Source: Octopus bimaculoides
Taxonomy: Eukaryota
Length of the DNA: 64,000 nucleotides
NCBI RefSeq assembly: GCF_001194135.2
Contig: NC_068999.1
Span: 51,197,001 to 51,261,000, forward strand
Direction: 5' to 3'
This document shows positions 10,233 to 23,124 of the stretch, piece after piece. The stretch's first letter is position 1. Every line of letters begins with the position of its first letter. Position numbers and translations under genes: made by a program. Below the pieces are notes generated by a model, which was given only the letters and a program-made list of their open reading frames with translations, did not search any database and was not told the origin of the DNA.

Positions 10233-12399
10233 ATTTGCCGTTTTGGGCAAGTACATCTACCAATAATCTCGCGTTAAGATTTAGATGAACATCGAGTAGA
10301 CGTAAATTGATTAAAAATCTGCCTCGTATAGAGAGAGTCGCGCCTAACACACTGTATTAGGCCGATTTTGTCTTTGCTTACCATTAAGGGTGTTCTTGTC
10401 TATGGAACACTTGGGTTCTTACACAATAATTGTTTAATGAGTAATTAATTCAGTCAGTCGAAGAACATCAATATACTCCTCTTCGAAACCGGCGAAGGAT
10501 CTATATAAATTACAGTTATGCTTTCATAAATGTATAGGTGTATCAGCCTGCAAGTTTACTAGTTCCTTCGTTCATATGTTCAATATATTCTCGATAATGT
10601 TCATTACACATTTTATATGCTATTCTGTATGCACAAAGGCTTCTGAATCTCTTTAAAAGAAATCATTTATATAAATATGTACATGTGCTGATTTAGTATT
10701 TACTTGTAGAGATAATTAATTCGCGTTTGGAAAAAAAAAATCAATATAAAATCTTGCATACTATTGTTACTGCCTTACTTTATCGTAGAAATCGATTTTG
10801 TTTTTAATACGCTTTTGTGGATGTAGTTCAAATTCGTATGTAATTTACATGAGTTATATAAAGTTACACACGACATAGGTTAAACGAAAGACGGTCGTGT
10901 GTTTCTCGCTCATTAATAGATTTTTATAGCAGTTAGCGAACAACATATTTAGCAATAAGTTGAAGCGAATGAGAAAGTGAGCATACAGCTGTTGTCTTCA
11001 ACCAGAATTTGCGTCTTGAGAATAAACGTGTTAACATAGCCTTAAGTCAACATAGTAAGAATAAGTCATAATATGGTATTTGTATCATTGAATATCATCA
11101 ATGAGGGTAAACAACCCCTTTCACTTCCTAAGAGTCATATTGGACGCTAATGTGTTTAAGTCAAATGACCAATTTTATTTGTGTACAAGTACAAATAAAC
11201 CATAGCACGCACAGAAACATTGCAGGGTACTGATATCACATTATATTTCAGATAATTACTTTCCTTGAGAATTGTAGCTATCATTTTAGTCAGGTTTACA
11301 TATATGCTCCCGTCAAATACTTGATGAGTTGTTAATTTATAGTTACCGGAGGGCTGAATGTTAAATTCAGTCCTCTTTAGTTGTTATCCCAGAACCTGAC
11401 TTTATAAAGAGTAATTGCTTTTGTCCAGCACTACAATGTTATGAAGTCGATCAACATATGCATAGTATTAATACTGATAATAGCAATCAATGAATATAAA
11501 AATGTAATAATAATAGTAATAATAGTAATAATAAGAAAAAGAACAACAGCGACAACAACAACAAATTTTTATCAGTAATAAGAACGAACCTGAATCAAAT
11601 CAATGATAATAATAATAGCAGTGATAACAATGAAAGTTATTGTAATAGTAACAACAACTACAACAGTAATAATAGTATGCAGTAGCTAAAATGCAAATAT
11701 TTATAGAAAATTAAGTGAAATGAAGTGGAATTAAATTGAAATGAAATATGCGAGTAAATGTACTCCACCATATAAAAAACAGACTAGAATATTGTTTGCT
11801 CAAACGTTATTTGATTGTCAGCCAAGAAAATTCTACTTTCTTACAAATAATTCTAACGTACCCGGTATGAAAAATACCAATTACATATTTAAAATGGTCA
11901 TTTGCAACAAGTAGAAACAAACAAAAATTAACAGGAAAAACACACGTGATTGTAAACGGAATACGTGCATAGGAAATAATCAATAAAAAATAGTAAACCG
12001 GTTTATTATTACATTGGATAAAAATAATTTAACTGTATTTTCATACACGACAGCAAAGAGTTTTTGATTGCGTGTTTGGTATTTCTATTAAATTAGTAAT
12101 ATTTAGAAATATTATTTTGTGAATATGTACTAAATGTGAATGCATGATCACATGTTAAACGAGACGTGTTGTTTGTTTTCTTTTTCAAGTTTGTGAAAAT
12201 ATAAATCCAAGATACATGAGAGACACACGCACGGGCAAAACACACGGGCACACACAAACCATGGAGCTAATGCTTGCACAAACACATGCACGCGTGTCAT
12301 ACATACATGAATTGATTTCTCAATTGTTGTTAAATAAATCTCTTTATATAATTGCCTGTCCGTATATGTGTGTGTGTGAACCATTAACCCCTCCACATC

Positions 12400-12570
12400 T
12401 TTTCTCTCTCGGTTTTTTTCCCCTTCACTCTCAGTTTTCTTTCCCCCTCTCAATCCTGTCTTTGGAAGAGCGTAGGCTCGAAACGTCGAAAACGTTTCCC
12501 CGAGCGTTAAACTAATATACTTGCTTGTTATCCCTTCACCTATCTTCTTTTGTTGTTTTTAAATCTCAAC
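12400..12570 (+). mobile_element. Penelope-type terminal repeat fragment with degenerate minimal hammerhead motif
   Basis: Hairpin GAGC-GTAG-GCTC 12468-12479 followed by GAAACGT; GAGCGTTAAACTAATA 12502 is shared with the copies at 23193 and 23388. Confidence 0.5.
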
Positions 12571-12689
12571 TATATTTCAATTTGTGCGTATGTGTGTGTA
12601 TGTATATATTTATGTATGCATGTATGTATGCATGTATGTATGCATGTATAAATATGTATATTTGTATATACATAACTAAATATACATAC

Positions 12690-13370
12690 AAACTTACATA
12701 TAAGGCGAGACTGCTCTTGGTTATCGGGTTTACCTTACCACAATATATCATTCGAAGTTTACCATCATCAGGAGTTATGTGTCATCGGTGCAGTGTGGAA
12801 AAAGTACCGATCTTGCCCACACGATACACTTCGGTTTTCGATACTGCGATCTCGTACAATGCTTAAATACCTAGGGCATTTTATTTCATGCCTCAGATGA
12901 ATGTAGCAAAAGTGTGATGACGCAATCATCATAGAAACAAATATACGTGGAAAATTGAAAGTTACAGGATCGTTCCTTGCTAGTCTCACAAGGAATTGAA
13001 ACATTCTCAATCCTTAAATTAATTTCGGAATCTAGGAATTTACCATTCGAAGCATAGCTACGAAGATAAGGAAAAGAATCGACTGCATGCGGTCTTGTCT
13101 CTTGGATAATTATATACATAGTTACATATAACTCTTTCATGAGGCAGCTACAAACATCGTTCTAATTTTCTTCATGATTAATATAAGTATAACAGCAGTA
13201 GAGACACCGGAAAAGCAGATTCTGTCTCTTCTTAATATCTGGCTGGGATTCGACAAGAAGATCACATTCGTTGGCCTTTGATTTAGCTTTAAAACAATTA
13301 TGAAATAGTTCACCTCTTGTACGAAAGAAGACAAGGATGCCTTAGATGCGAACTGTAAATGTATGAGCAA
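12690..13370 (-). mobile_element. RTE-clade LINE ORF2 remnant (C-terminal RT and thumb region), pseudogenised
   Basis: Minus frames give CFSGVSTAVILILIMKKIRTMF (resembling CFSxAxxxFGLTISLKKTxVMF), then AVDSFPYLRSYASNGKFLDSEINLRIENVS...CFYDDCVITLLLHSSEA (resembling VDxFxYLGS...DxEIxxRIxKAS...YxACVxxxLLYGSET) in the expected order. Confidence 0.75.
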
Positions 13371-13629
13371 CTATAACTGCCAAGTATACAAATTGCAATG
13401 AAGACACTGGTATGTCACAACTATTTAACGTAACTGTGCACTACAATGGGTTTTTTTTTATGAACACCGCAATATTTGATTAATGTCGGCCTTCATAATA
13501 ATGTACAGTTTGACAAATATAATCAACAAACTTAGGTTGTCACCATAGCAAAGGCTTTCGGTAGACCAACGAAAACTTGATAAAGGGAGGAGTTCTACGG
13601 AAATCACAAATAGCTGTGAAGTTAATACT

Positions 13630-13666
<37 letters not shown>

Positions 13667-13850
13667 TTATTTATCTATCTATCTATTTATATGTCCGTCT
13701 CTCTCAGTGTCTATCTATCTCTCTGTATCTATCTAAATATCTATTTCTCTGTCAACCTGTCTGCCTATGTCTCGCTATTTATCTATCTATTTATATACAT
13801 CTTTCCATCAATGTGTGTGAGTGTGTGTATGTGTGTGTGCGTGCATGAGC
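13630..13850. repeat. (CTAT)n microsatellite grading into degenerate CT/GT repeats
   Basis: Read directly. Confidence 0.9.
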
Positions 13851-14295
13851 GGGTTTATACATTTGTGTGTATAAAATGTACGCGGGTATTCGTCTTTCCT
13901 GACTGTGTCACATCATATATATTATTCCTTACAGATTGCATACTAATAAGCTGCGGCATGCAAAACATAATATCAAGAATTATATATTGTGTTTCGTTGT
14001 GGAGAACACTAAAAACGACTTTGCTTAATTGAATAGATCGTGATAAAACAGCAGTCCACGAATCTAATTATTATTTTGCACGTCTAAGCATTTGTGTAGA
14101 CTAATCGTGAATAAAGTATGTATGTATTTAGATACATACATACTGAGTATGTATATAAAAACACGTATTAACTATTAATTCTTACTACACTATTTACGCA
14201 AACACCAACGTTCGGAAACACGCCCACATACAATATTCGTATATTTATATAGAGAAAATAGAATTAGGATGTATCCATATATATGTATATATATA

Positions 14296-14398
14296 NNNNN
14301 NNNNNNNNNNNNNNNNNNNNNNNNNNNNNNNNNNNNNNNNNNNNNNNNNNNNNNNNNNNNNNNNNNNNNNNNNNNNNNNNNNNNNNNNNNNNNNNNNN
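14296..14398. other. Assembly gap (N run)
   Basis: Flanked by (TA)n on both sides. Confidence 0.99.
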
Positions 14399-14457
<59 letters not shown>

Positions 14458-14497
14458 TTGATATAGATATAGATATAGATCCGAACTATACGCCTGT

Positions 14498-14600
14498 GGA
14501 GGAGCAATGGCTCAGTGGTTAGGGCAGCGGACTCGCGGTCGTAGGATCGCGGTTTCTATTCCCAGACCGGCTGTGAGTGTTCATTGAGCGAAAACACCTA
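14498..14600 (+). mobile_element. tRNA-like head of SINE family B, 3-prime truncated
   Basis: A box TGGCTCAGTGG 14508-14518, B-box-like GGTTTCTATTCC 14551-14562, then GTGAGTGTTCATTGAGCGAAAACACC; breaks off into (GATA)n. Confidence 0.8.
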
Positions 14601-14734
14601 CCTAGATAGATAGATAGATAGATAGAGAAGTCCACTGCATTTATAGCAGAACAGCTGTAACCTAATGAAGTTCATAAAATAATTGTTTATTCCTTTGTCA
14701 TCTCATTTTCATCTGTGTATGTGTGTGTGTGTAT

Positions 14735-15128
14735 TCTTTTATTATTTCATTTGTTTCAGTTATTTGACTGTGGCCATACTGGAGCATTGCCTTGAAGGGT
14801 CTTAGTGGAACAAATCGACCACATGTTTCTAATTTTTAAGCATAACACTTATTTTATCATCATTTTTTACCGAACCCCTAAGTTATTGTGATGTAAACAC
14901 CTCAACACCTGTTGCCAAACGGTGATGGAGCGGCAAACACAGACACAAAGACACACACACTGAGATATACATTCATATATATACATATGTGATGTTCTTC
15001 TCTCAGTTTCCCTCTACGAAATTCACTCACGAGGTTTTGGTTGCCTCCAGTCTATAATAGAAGTGAGACTGAACTTAAGACCAAGTAGTTGGGAAGGAAG
15101 ACTCTTACTACACAGCCACATCTGAGCC
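14735..15128 (-). mobile_element. Near full-length SINE with internal microsatellite (family D)
   Basis: Reverse complement has a tRNA-like head (GGCTCAGATGTGGCTGTGTAGTAAG), a GAAACTGAGAGAAG block, a central GT/AT repeat and a 3-prime ...CAGTATGGCCACAGTCAAATAACTGAAAC; homologous to 20180, 31192 and 53836. Confidence 0.8.
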
Positions 15129-15150
15129 CATATATAAATACACACACACG

Positions 15151-15199
<49 letters not shown>

Positions 15200-15396
15200 N
15201 NNNNNNNNNNNNNNNNNNNNNNNNNNNNNNNNNNNNNNNNNNNNNNNNNNNNNNNNNNNNNNNNNNNNNNNNNNNNNNNNNNNNNNNNNNNNNNNNNNNN
15301 NNNNNNNNNNNNNNNNNNNNNNNNNNNNNNNNNNNNNNNNNNNNNNNNNNNNNNNNNNNNNNNNNNNNNNNNNNNNNNNNNNNNNNNNNNNNNNNN
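15200..15396. other. Assembly gap (N run)
   Basis: (CA)n on the left; duplicated SINE sequence on the right. Confidence 0.99.
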
Positions 15397-16047
15397 ACGG
15401 TGATGGAGCGGCAAACACAGACACAAAGACACACACACTGAGATATACATTCATATATATACATACATAATACATACATGCATATGCATATGCAAAGCTC
15501 TTAGTTTACATATATTTTAGATAAATAATTACATCTATTCATCAGTAACATTCATCAGGAAAATTTTCCGCCTTTTATATGACCGGAGTAAGCGTTCGTG
15601 TAGATTACGTTTGTTTGCATCTCTTTTTATCTTATATCAAATATTAACTGTCCATTTTCATCTTCGGTTTTATTGAATTCATTTATCATTTCATAATATT
15701 GAATCGTAAAACGATAATTTGATCTCTTCTTTCGCTGTATTGTTCTAAATCTACCAGAGTAGGTAAATAAGATATTAAGATATAAATCAATAACGAAAAA
15801 AAAATGAGAATAGGAAATATATATTTGTGTTATGCAAATAAACAATTCACCACACAGTTCTACGAATATATTTTGAAGAGCAGGTTTTATTACAGCAGGA
15901 ACAGATTATTATGTTTTTCTTGTGCAAATATTCTCTTCAAGCACGACATCGCACATATCAAACTGTCTATTGACACCTGTCTTCTTATCTTGTATATATC
16001 ACAATCGGGAATCAGGTGAACAGAAACGAGAAATGCAAAAGAGACAA

Positions 16048-16048
16048 A

Positions 16049-16101
<53 letters not shown>

Positions 16102-16240
16102 ACTAACACACACTAACACAACACTCACACATACACACACACGAACACATATATGCATAAATGCAGATAACCACATAAAAACACACACACACACACAGAC
16201 ACGCAGGCACACACACTCACACATTCACATAAATATACGT
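16048..16240. repeat. (CA)n microsatellite with degenerate extension
   Basis: Read directly. Confidence 0.9.
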
Positions 16241-16466
16241 GCCCACCCGTAACTACATAAATGGTGATTGCCCATAGAATCCATTGACATCAAACGCAAA
16301 GAAAATTTGTATTCCGGTATGGATTCAAACTTATGGAATTATGAATGAGACGTTAATAGATGCACGCATACGCACAATGTGCATGCACAGTCGCATATTG
16401 TACACAAACATACACATACAAACGTGTGTGCATATATATATATATATATAGATAGATAGATAGATA

Positions 16467-16950
16467 NNNNNNNNNNNNNNNNNNNNNNNNNNNNNNNNNN
16501 NNNNNNNNNNNNNNNNNNNNNNNNNNNNNNNNNNNNNNNNNNNNNNNNNNNNNNNNNNNNNNNNNNNNNNNNNNNNNNNNNNNNNNNNNNNNNNNNNNNN
16601 NNNNNNNNNNNNNNNNNNNNNNNNNNNNNNNNNNNNNNNNNNNNNNNNNNNNNNNNNNNNNNNNNNNNNNNNNNNNNNNNNNNNNNNNNNNNNNNNNNNN
16701 NNNNNNNNNNNNNNNNNNNNNNNNNNNNNNNNNNNNNNNNNNNNNNNNNNNNNNNNNNNNNNNNNNNNNNNNNNNNNNNNNNNNNNNNNNNNNNNNNNNN
16801 NNNNNNNNNNNNNNNNNNNNNNNNNNNNNNNNNNNNNNNNNNNNNNNNNNNNNNNNNNNNNNNNNNNNNNNNNNNNNNNNNNNNNNNNNNNNNNNNNNNN
16901 NNNNNNNNNNNNNNNNNNNNNNNNNNNNNNNNNNNNNNNNNNNNNNNNNN
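16467..16950. other. Assembly gap (N run)
   Basis: N run after (TA)n(GATA)n. Confidence 0.99.
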
Positions 16951-16979
16951 NATATGCATAGATATTTTTTATTAATACA

Positions 16980-17015
16980 CACACACATATATATATATTA
17001 TATATATATATATAT

Positions 17016-17094
<79 letters not shown>

Positions 17095-17392
17095 TTAATA
17101 AATGGACAACCACACATATGTTTATATTTCTTAATATATGCATATAAGAAGATATATGTGTGTGTGTATTTGGATAGATAGATAGAGAGATGGGGAGAGA
17201 GAGAGAGAGGGTGATATATGTGAGTGTAAGTGTGAATGAGCCTGAGTGTCTTTGTGTAGAATTAAGTAACTGTCACATAGTTATAAGTTCACCCCCCATA
17301 AAACACACACGCGTGTGCGTATGAGTGTATGTGCGTGTGTGGGTATGCGTGTGTGTGTACTCAGAAATATGCAATACATTTATGCGTAAATC

Positions 17393-17461
<69 letters not shown>

Positions 17462-17586
17462 GGTGTGCACAAAATATTTTTAAAATGACACATCGTACAG
17501 TAAGCCATAAGAATACAACGCCAATTGTTTGATGCAAATATATATAAACATATATGTATATGTAAACACACACACACACATATACG

Positions 17587-17618
<32 letters not shown>

Positions 17619-17720
17619 TACATAATATATGTGTATGTGTATATATATATATATATATTCATATGTATGTATATAACTTTATGCATATATATATGTATGT
17701 ATAAAGATATATTGTATTAA
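16980..17720. repeat. Microsatellite cluster: two (GATA)n arrays (about 17017-17094 and 17393-17460) plus TA/TG/CA tracts
   Basis: Read directly. Confidence 0.9.
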
Positions 17721-19112
17721 TACTCATATGCCTAAACGGTGATTTGATTATATATATATTCGTGTATGAGTTTACAATTCATTCTGCACTTGTGTTTATT
17801 TTTATCAGAACCCCCAAAAAATATAAATATATATTTCCACATCACTTAATCCTATTGCCTTTTAATGATATTTAAGCAAGCTAAGCTTCATTATGTTTGG
17901 TTGGATTGCAGCTTTTTAAACTTATATGCGCTGCGTAGTTCATTTATCATGGCTAACCAAAAGGTAAAAATTATTATCGGTTTTGCTACTCATTTAGTGT
18001 ATCTTTTCTCCTTGATCATAGCATAAATTTATCTACGTCAAGCTTTCATTACATTCCCCATTTGTTTGTTTATTTTCTGTTTTCGATTTGAGTTCGTGTT
18101 GAGGTTTTTATTATTATTATTTTTGGTTTAGTTTGAGGTTTTTCTTGTTTTTAGAATGGCTTTCATATTATCTTTATTATTTATTCCACTTGACGTTTGG
18201 AAAAGAGCCTCATTAATCCTGACTTCCAATAAATCCCTGCAATAAATGTTCATTTGATCTCTCTCTTTAATTAGGCGGTATACAATATTTGTTACGCTTT
18301 CTTAGCAAAGCTGAATTATGGAAGTGTCCAGCCAACCATTCCTTGCTTCATCCAACCATAATTCCATCGATATATCTATTCCTTTCCCATACTTATCAAT
18401 ATAAAGCTTAGGTAACGCTTTATTTTTCTTTGTTCACTTGCTTTATACTGAATAATGATTCCCACATAAATTGCGAATATTCTGCAGAAGCTGTTTTAAT
18501 ATTCTAGGCACGATAAATAACAAGCTAGGAAATTTGGTTCCTGAAAAATCTAATAAACCCCAACGTAGATTACTTTCTTTAGAGTCTTACTCATATCTGT
18601 ATAACCAACTATATTCTTCACAAGCTTTGCCAACTATTGATCTTCTAGAACTCTTCTTTAAACTTATGAAAATGAACGAGCTATGTTTTTTTTTATGCCA
18701 TGGTTCTTAGTGGTCATAATATGACAGAAGCAACGTTTATCACGTGTTAGTAAATGACGATTCCACAGATCTCATACAGCACTCAATCTCTTTGCTTTGG
18801 ATTGATATTACGGTGTTAATAACAAAAAGGCATCATGAATCTCTTTTGTTGCGTGTAGCATATAAAATGTTTAGGAATAAAAATTGTAAGCAATTATATC
18901 CCTCATATATTATATATGATATAAAAATTACATACAATATTAAACCTCATATAATATTCATAAGATATAACTGGATTCTAGATTAAAAAGGTCACGTTAG
19001 ATATAATGGCATATACCCCCGCAGTATACTAACTTAATATTGATAGTGACTCAGAGAATTAATGATAGCTCCGACTTGTATATTTTTCAGGAATGGAGTA
19101 TACACTATTTAA

Positions 19113-19290
19113 TTAATTGCACCTTTTGTCGGTCAATAAGAAAAAGAAACTTATCAAAGACTTGGTATATCTAGATTTAAAAGAGTTGTCACCGATGTAA
19201 ATTGTTCCTGATTTAATTTGCTTAGTATAATATTCACCACTTGCCCAATACTTGAGAAAGATGAAATAAAAATTGACATTATGTGCACTA
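19113..19290 (-). mobile_element. Penelope-like element GIY-YIG endonuclease remnant
   Basis: Minus ORF segment GEYYTKQIKSGTIYIGDNSFKSRYTKSLISF resembles the PLE motif xYIGxTxxxFKxRYxxHxxSF; KRCN follows. Confidence 0.45.
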
Positions 19291-20179
19291 AATAATTCAG
19301 AAATAAGTGATATACTAAATAGTTCACCAACGTAAAGCTGGAAGCAATTTCGTGGGAAGTATAAAACCAGCCTTGCAATTTGAACTGGCAAAAATGATTT
19401 TAAGGCATAGTAAAGATTACACTAATGCGACTTAATCATGCTCCTTCTGGTAACCTTTAAAATATTTGTGTTTTCCTGTAAATAACGTGTTAGCTATTAT
19501 TATATGTAAATAACGACCAAAGAAGATTGTAAAAAGTGTGGTTCTCCTTCACAAGAATCACGTGTTTTATCTACATCGGAACAGGTAATCAGGCTTAAAA
19601 ACTAACGAGAAAGTTTGATTTATGTAATGTGATTATACATTAACAAGAAGTCGTTATTTTTCCATGCTTGTCAATATGTCTTCTATAATTGAATTCAATA
19701 AATTATTTCACCCATTAATCCACAATCGCCATGCAAATCCTTCCGAATTACACTTCTATTTATTATTGCATCTAAACATAATTAATATACAAATTAATTT
19801 CGATGTCACTGTTTGTTTATAATCATAAATCAAGGAAATAAATGCCTTGAACCGTTGTATGTTTCGAATTTCAGAAACCCATTGTTTTATCTGCTTTATT
19901 TCACGTGGCTCTGCACGCGATCAAATACGTCTAATCCACTATATTTTTCTCTAAAATTACAAAAAAAAATAAATTTTAATGAGTCTTACAGTTTTGTCAC
20001 ACTTTCGAAATCTAGTCAATAATCAGAATAGTCAGAAAGAGCCATAGATCTAACATATAAACCCGTGCAATGCTTAATAAGATTTTTTCTCTTCCCGAAC
20101 ATGACCGATAAATAAAATATATCCATAGTAAATTCATTGCACCGCGTGAAGATACTCTCTGAAAGAATATTCACAAATG

Positions 20180-20650
20180 GGAGTAGGGGTGGCTGTGCAG
20201 TTAAGAAGTTTGCTTCTCAATCACTAAGACTCGTGTTCGGTTTTACTGCGTAGCACTTTGATCAAGTGTTTTTCAATATAGGCCTCGACACACCAGTGTT
20301 TTATGAGTAGATTTGGCTGGAGGAAACTGAAAGAAGCCTGTCGAATATACGATCTAGTTTGTATGTGTGTGTGTGCCTGAGGGTGTATGTGCATGATTGT
20401 GTCTTCGTGTCTTCATATATCTTGATAGTTGTAATGAGAATGATTGTTAAAAAAAAAATAGCAACATTCATTTCTTACATTCTGCGAAAACAGGTCTAGT
20501 AATGCAAGGGTTGGCAACAGGCAGTGCATCCAACCGTAGAATATCTGCCTCATTAAACTCTGCTCAATCCATGCAAGCATGGATAAGCGGACATTAAAAC
20601 GATGAGGAGGAGGAGGAGGAGGAGGAAGAGGAGAAGAAGGAGGAGGATAA
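20180..20650 (+). mobile_element. Composite SINE: family D head, GT repeat, RTE-like 3-prime tail and (GAG)n end
   Basis: Head GTGGCTGTGCAGTTAAGAAGTTTGCTT..GGAAACTGAAAGAAGCC; tail GGTTGGCAACAGGCAGTGCATCCAACCGTAGAA...CCATGCAAGCATGGATAAGCGGACATTAAAACGATGAGGAGG. Confidence 0.7.
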
Positions 20651-21301
20651 AGCGGGCGACTACGACGGCCGACAGCAACATATACTGAATTAATAAAAAT
20701 GTTCAGTAAAGCACATTTGTCTCGGGACTAATGTTTAGCATTGCTACAGTTTAGCATTGCTTATACAAAATGTACATGCTTATAAATTTTATAAGCTTAT
20801 ACATATCAAACATATACATATTATACATATTATGCTTATTAAAACAATTATGAAGACTTAATTATCTTAATAGCATTTCTTTTTCTCTAATGTATAGACA
20901 TATTTTGCATCAAATACATATACTTTCTTTTATTGAGTACGAATAAGCGTGCTTCATTCATAAACAGTTTTTACACTCATTCTTTTCGTATTCATTTATC
21001 TATTTAATGTTTGCTCATCCTCGGAGTGTCAACATAATTATTAACGACTCTCCTCAAACTTAATGCGATTTTCAAAATGTTTAAACATATAAAACCTCCC
21101 ACATAATATACACATTTTAATTTTATTTCGCCAAACATTAGTGAAAAACAAATTATTTGCTCAAATTTAATTTTGGTTTCTCTTCCGTATATTTGTTAAT
21201 TTTTTTTGTTTGTTTAATTATTATTACAGAGCATAAATCAAATATAATTAAATAAGTCCTCGATGCAGTCGTAAACAAAACGCCCCGAAGAAACTCACTC
21301 A

Positions 21302-21410
21302 CAGAATCTTTAGAATTACAATTAAATTGTCTTGTGGCATTTCGTTGAATGTTTCTGCTTTTCCGAGTTCAAATTCTACTAACTTAACTTTGTCTCTCCT
21401 TTCTAGGTAC
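21302..21410 (+). mobile_element. Highly degenerate family A SINE fragment
   Basis: CAGAATCTTTAG...GGCATTTCGT...GAGTTCAAATTCT...AACTTTG blocks in family order. Confidence 0.4.
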
Positions 21411-21481
21411 AGTATTGTTCCATTTTCAAAAATAATGCTTAATGTTATGCCTTTATTAAAACTTACTAAAGTTACAAAATA

Positions 21482-21530
21482 CAGTAATCCCTCGCCATAT
21501 CGCGGTGCACCTATCGCGATTCACTTGTGG
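21482..21530 (+). mobile_element. Tigger/pogo-like DNA transposon left terminus (solo)
   Basis: TA|CAGTAATCCCTCGCCATATCGCGG resembles Tigger-type TIRs (TA|CAGTxxxCCCTCG..TAxCGCG); no matching right TIR found. Confidence 0.5.
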
Positions 21531-22362
21531 ATTATTATTTAAGCTTACGTCGATTCCTCTATGGTGTCGGTTTGCATTTATCTATAATACATTTAAAATG
21601 AACCTCAGTTTTGCTTGTTTGCGATGTTACTGAGCCAAACTGGCGCATAATGGGAATATACTATGAATTAAGGTCCCCTGAAATGTGAATACAAACGAAA
21701 TAAAACAAGTTTCGCGTACATCGGACAAGTAACTTTTGCGATATTAGGGGTTTAGGGGTATAAATACCCAACACGGTTCATAATGGGAAAATACTCCGAA
21801 AATAAGTTAACCCTGAAAAGAAAGAAACTAACCTTTTTTTTAGACATATTAGTGACTATTTTGCCAACGAAAAAATACGAGTTATTTTTCACAGTAAATG
21901 CTTCTATTTTCGATTTTGTTAAACACAATATTTTTATCGTTTAGAAACATTTTTACGTGAATGTGAAATCAAAACTCTAAGTAGTTTGTACAGTAGGTAT
22001 TCATATTTAAGCTTTGTTTAAACAGACAATATTTTAATGTTTACAAAATTATTTTCAAATGAATACGATTGCAAAAATTATTTTTGGCATATTTTTAAAA
22101 ATGTTAAGGTGAGAAAGACTTTAAAAATACGGTAAATATTTCGTAAAAGACCATAGGATTCTTTCTTGTTTAAGTTCAATAGTGTCAAATTATCTATCTC
22201 AATCACCATGGAAGTTATATCTTACTCTGCACGTTTCTCTGCTCTTGCAAATTTAACTGAGATTTCTTATTCTCAAAGACGAAACTAAGTCACAATATAT
22301 CATGTTTGTTCTTGTTACGTATGTTTCTTTCCTTTCTGTTTCACCTCGTCCTCTCAGACTCC

Positions 22363-22418
<56 letters not shown>

Positions 22419-22432
22419 CTCTCTCTCTCTCT
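22363..22432. repeat. (CT)n microsatellite
   Basis: Read directly. Confidence 0.95.
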
Positions 22433-22624
22433 GTTCCTCAGTTTTGTGCTTTGACTCAGTCCTATGTCCTCTTTCACAATATATTCTGAGTCGTTGTCAA
22501 TATGATGCACTTTTGTAAGAATAATAAATTTCCTCGTTAATTTCAAATTTTTTACATCGAGGTCTTTTATTCAATTTCTTGTGGGTTTATTATTTTATAT
22601 GCTGCAGATTTTTCATGGTAATCT

Positions 22625-22656
<32 letters not shown>

Positions 22657-23124
22657 TTCGGTTTACATTTCCTGACTCATTATTTCGATTATCCAAGTTC
22701 AAATTTAATTTACTTTTTCCGGCAAAGTTCAATGAAAAATAATGGGAAAAAATATTAGAGCCGATAAAACAGCCAGAACCAACACGAAAAACTGGAGAAA
22801 TAAGAAAAACGGAAAGTGACAGGAAAATATAAAATTTTGTTTTTATGTTAGAAACACTTCCGATTTAATCAATAACAAATCTTCGGGCTTACTGTTTTAT
22901 TATTACGAAATTATAAAAGATGTTGGCGTTAATTGGAAGGAAATTAAAAGAGACAAAGAGACTGGAAGGCGTGCAGGCACGCAGATACCTGTTCTCCTAA
23001 TTCATGTGAATATAAGATAAAAAAAATATAAAGAAGTACATTAGGAAGGAGGAAAAAATGTCAGGGATTATAAATGTATATACGTTATCCCTCTTTCTTC
23101 GTCATTTCACACACGTATGAGTAT

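Noticed and set aside
10455-10500. GAAGA...TCTTC-GAAAC hairpin as another hammerhead
   Set aside because: No CUGANGA box upstream of the stem
14498-14572. tRNA gene
   Set aside because: A and B boxes are present, but there is no good acceptor-stem pairing or oligo-T terminator, the B box is mutated, and it continues into SINE body sequence
21744-21760. Interstitial telomeric repeat (TTAGGGG x2)
   Set aside because: Only two imperfect units, which is expected by chance
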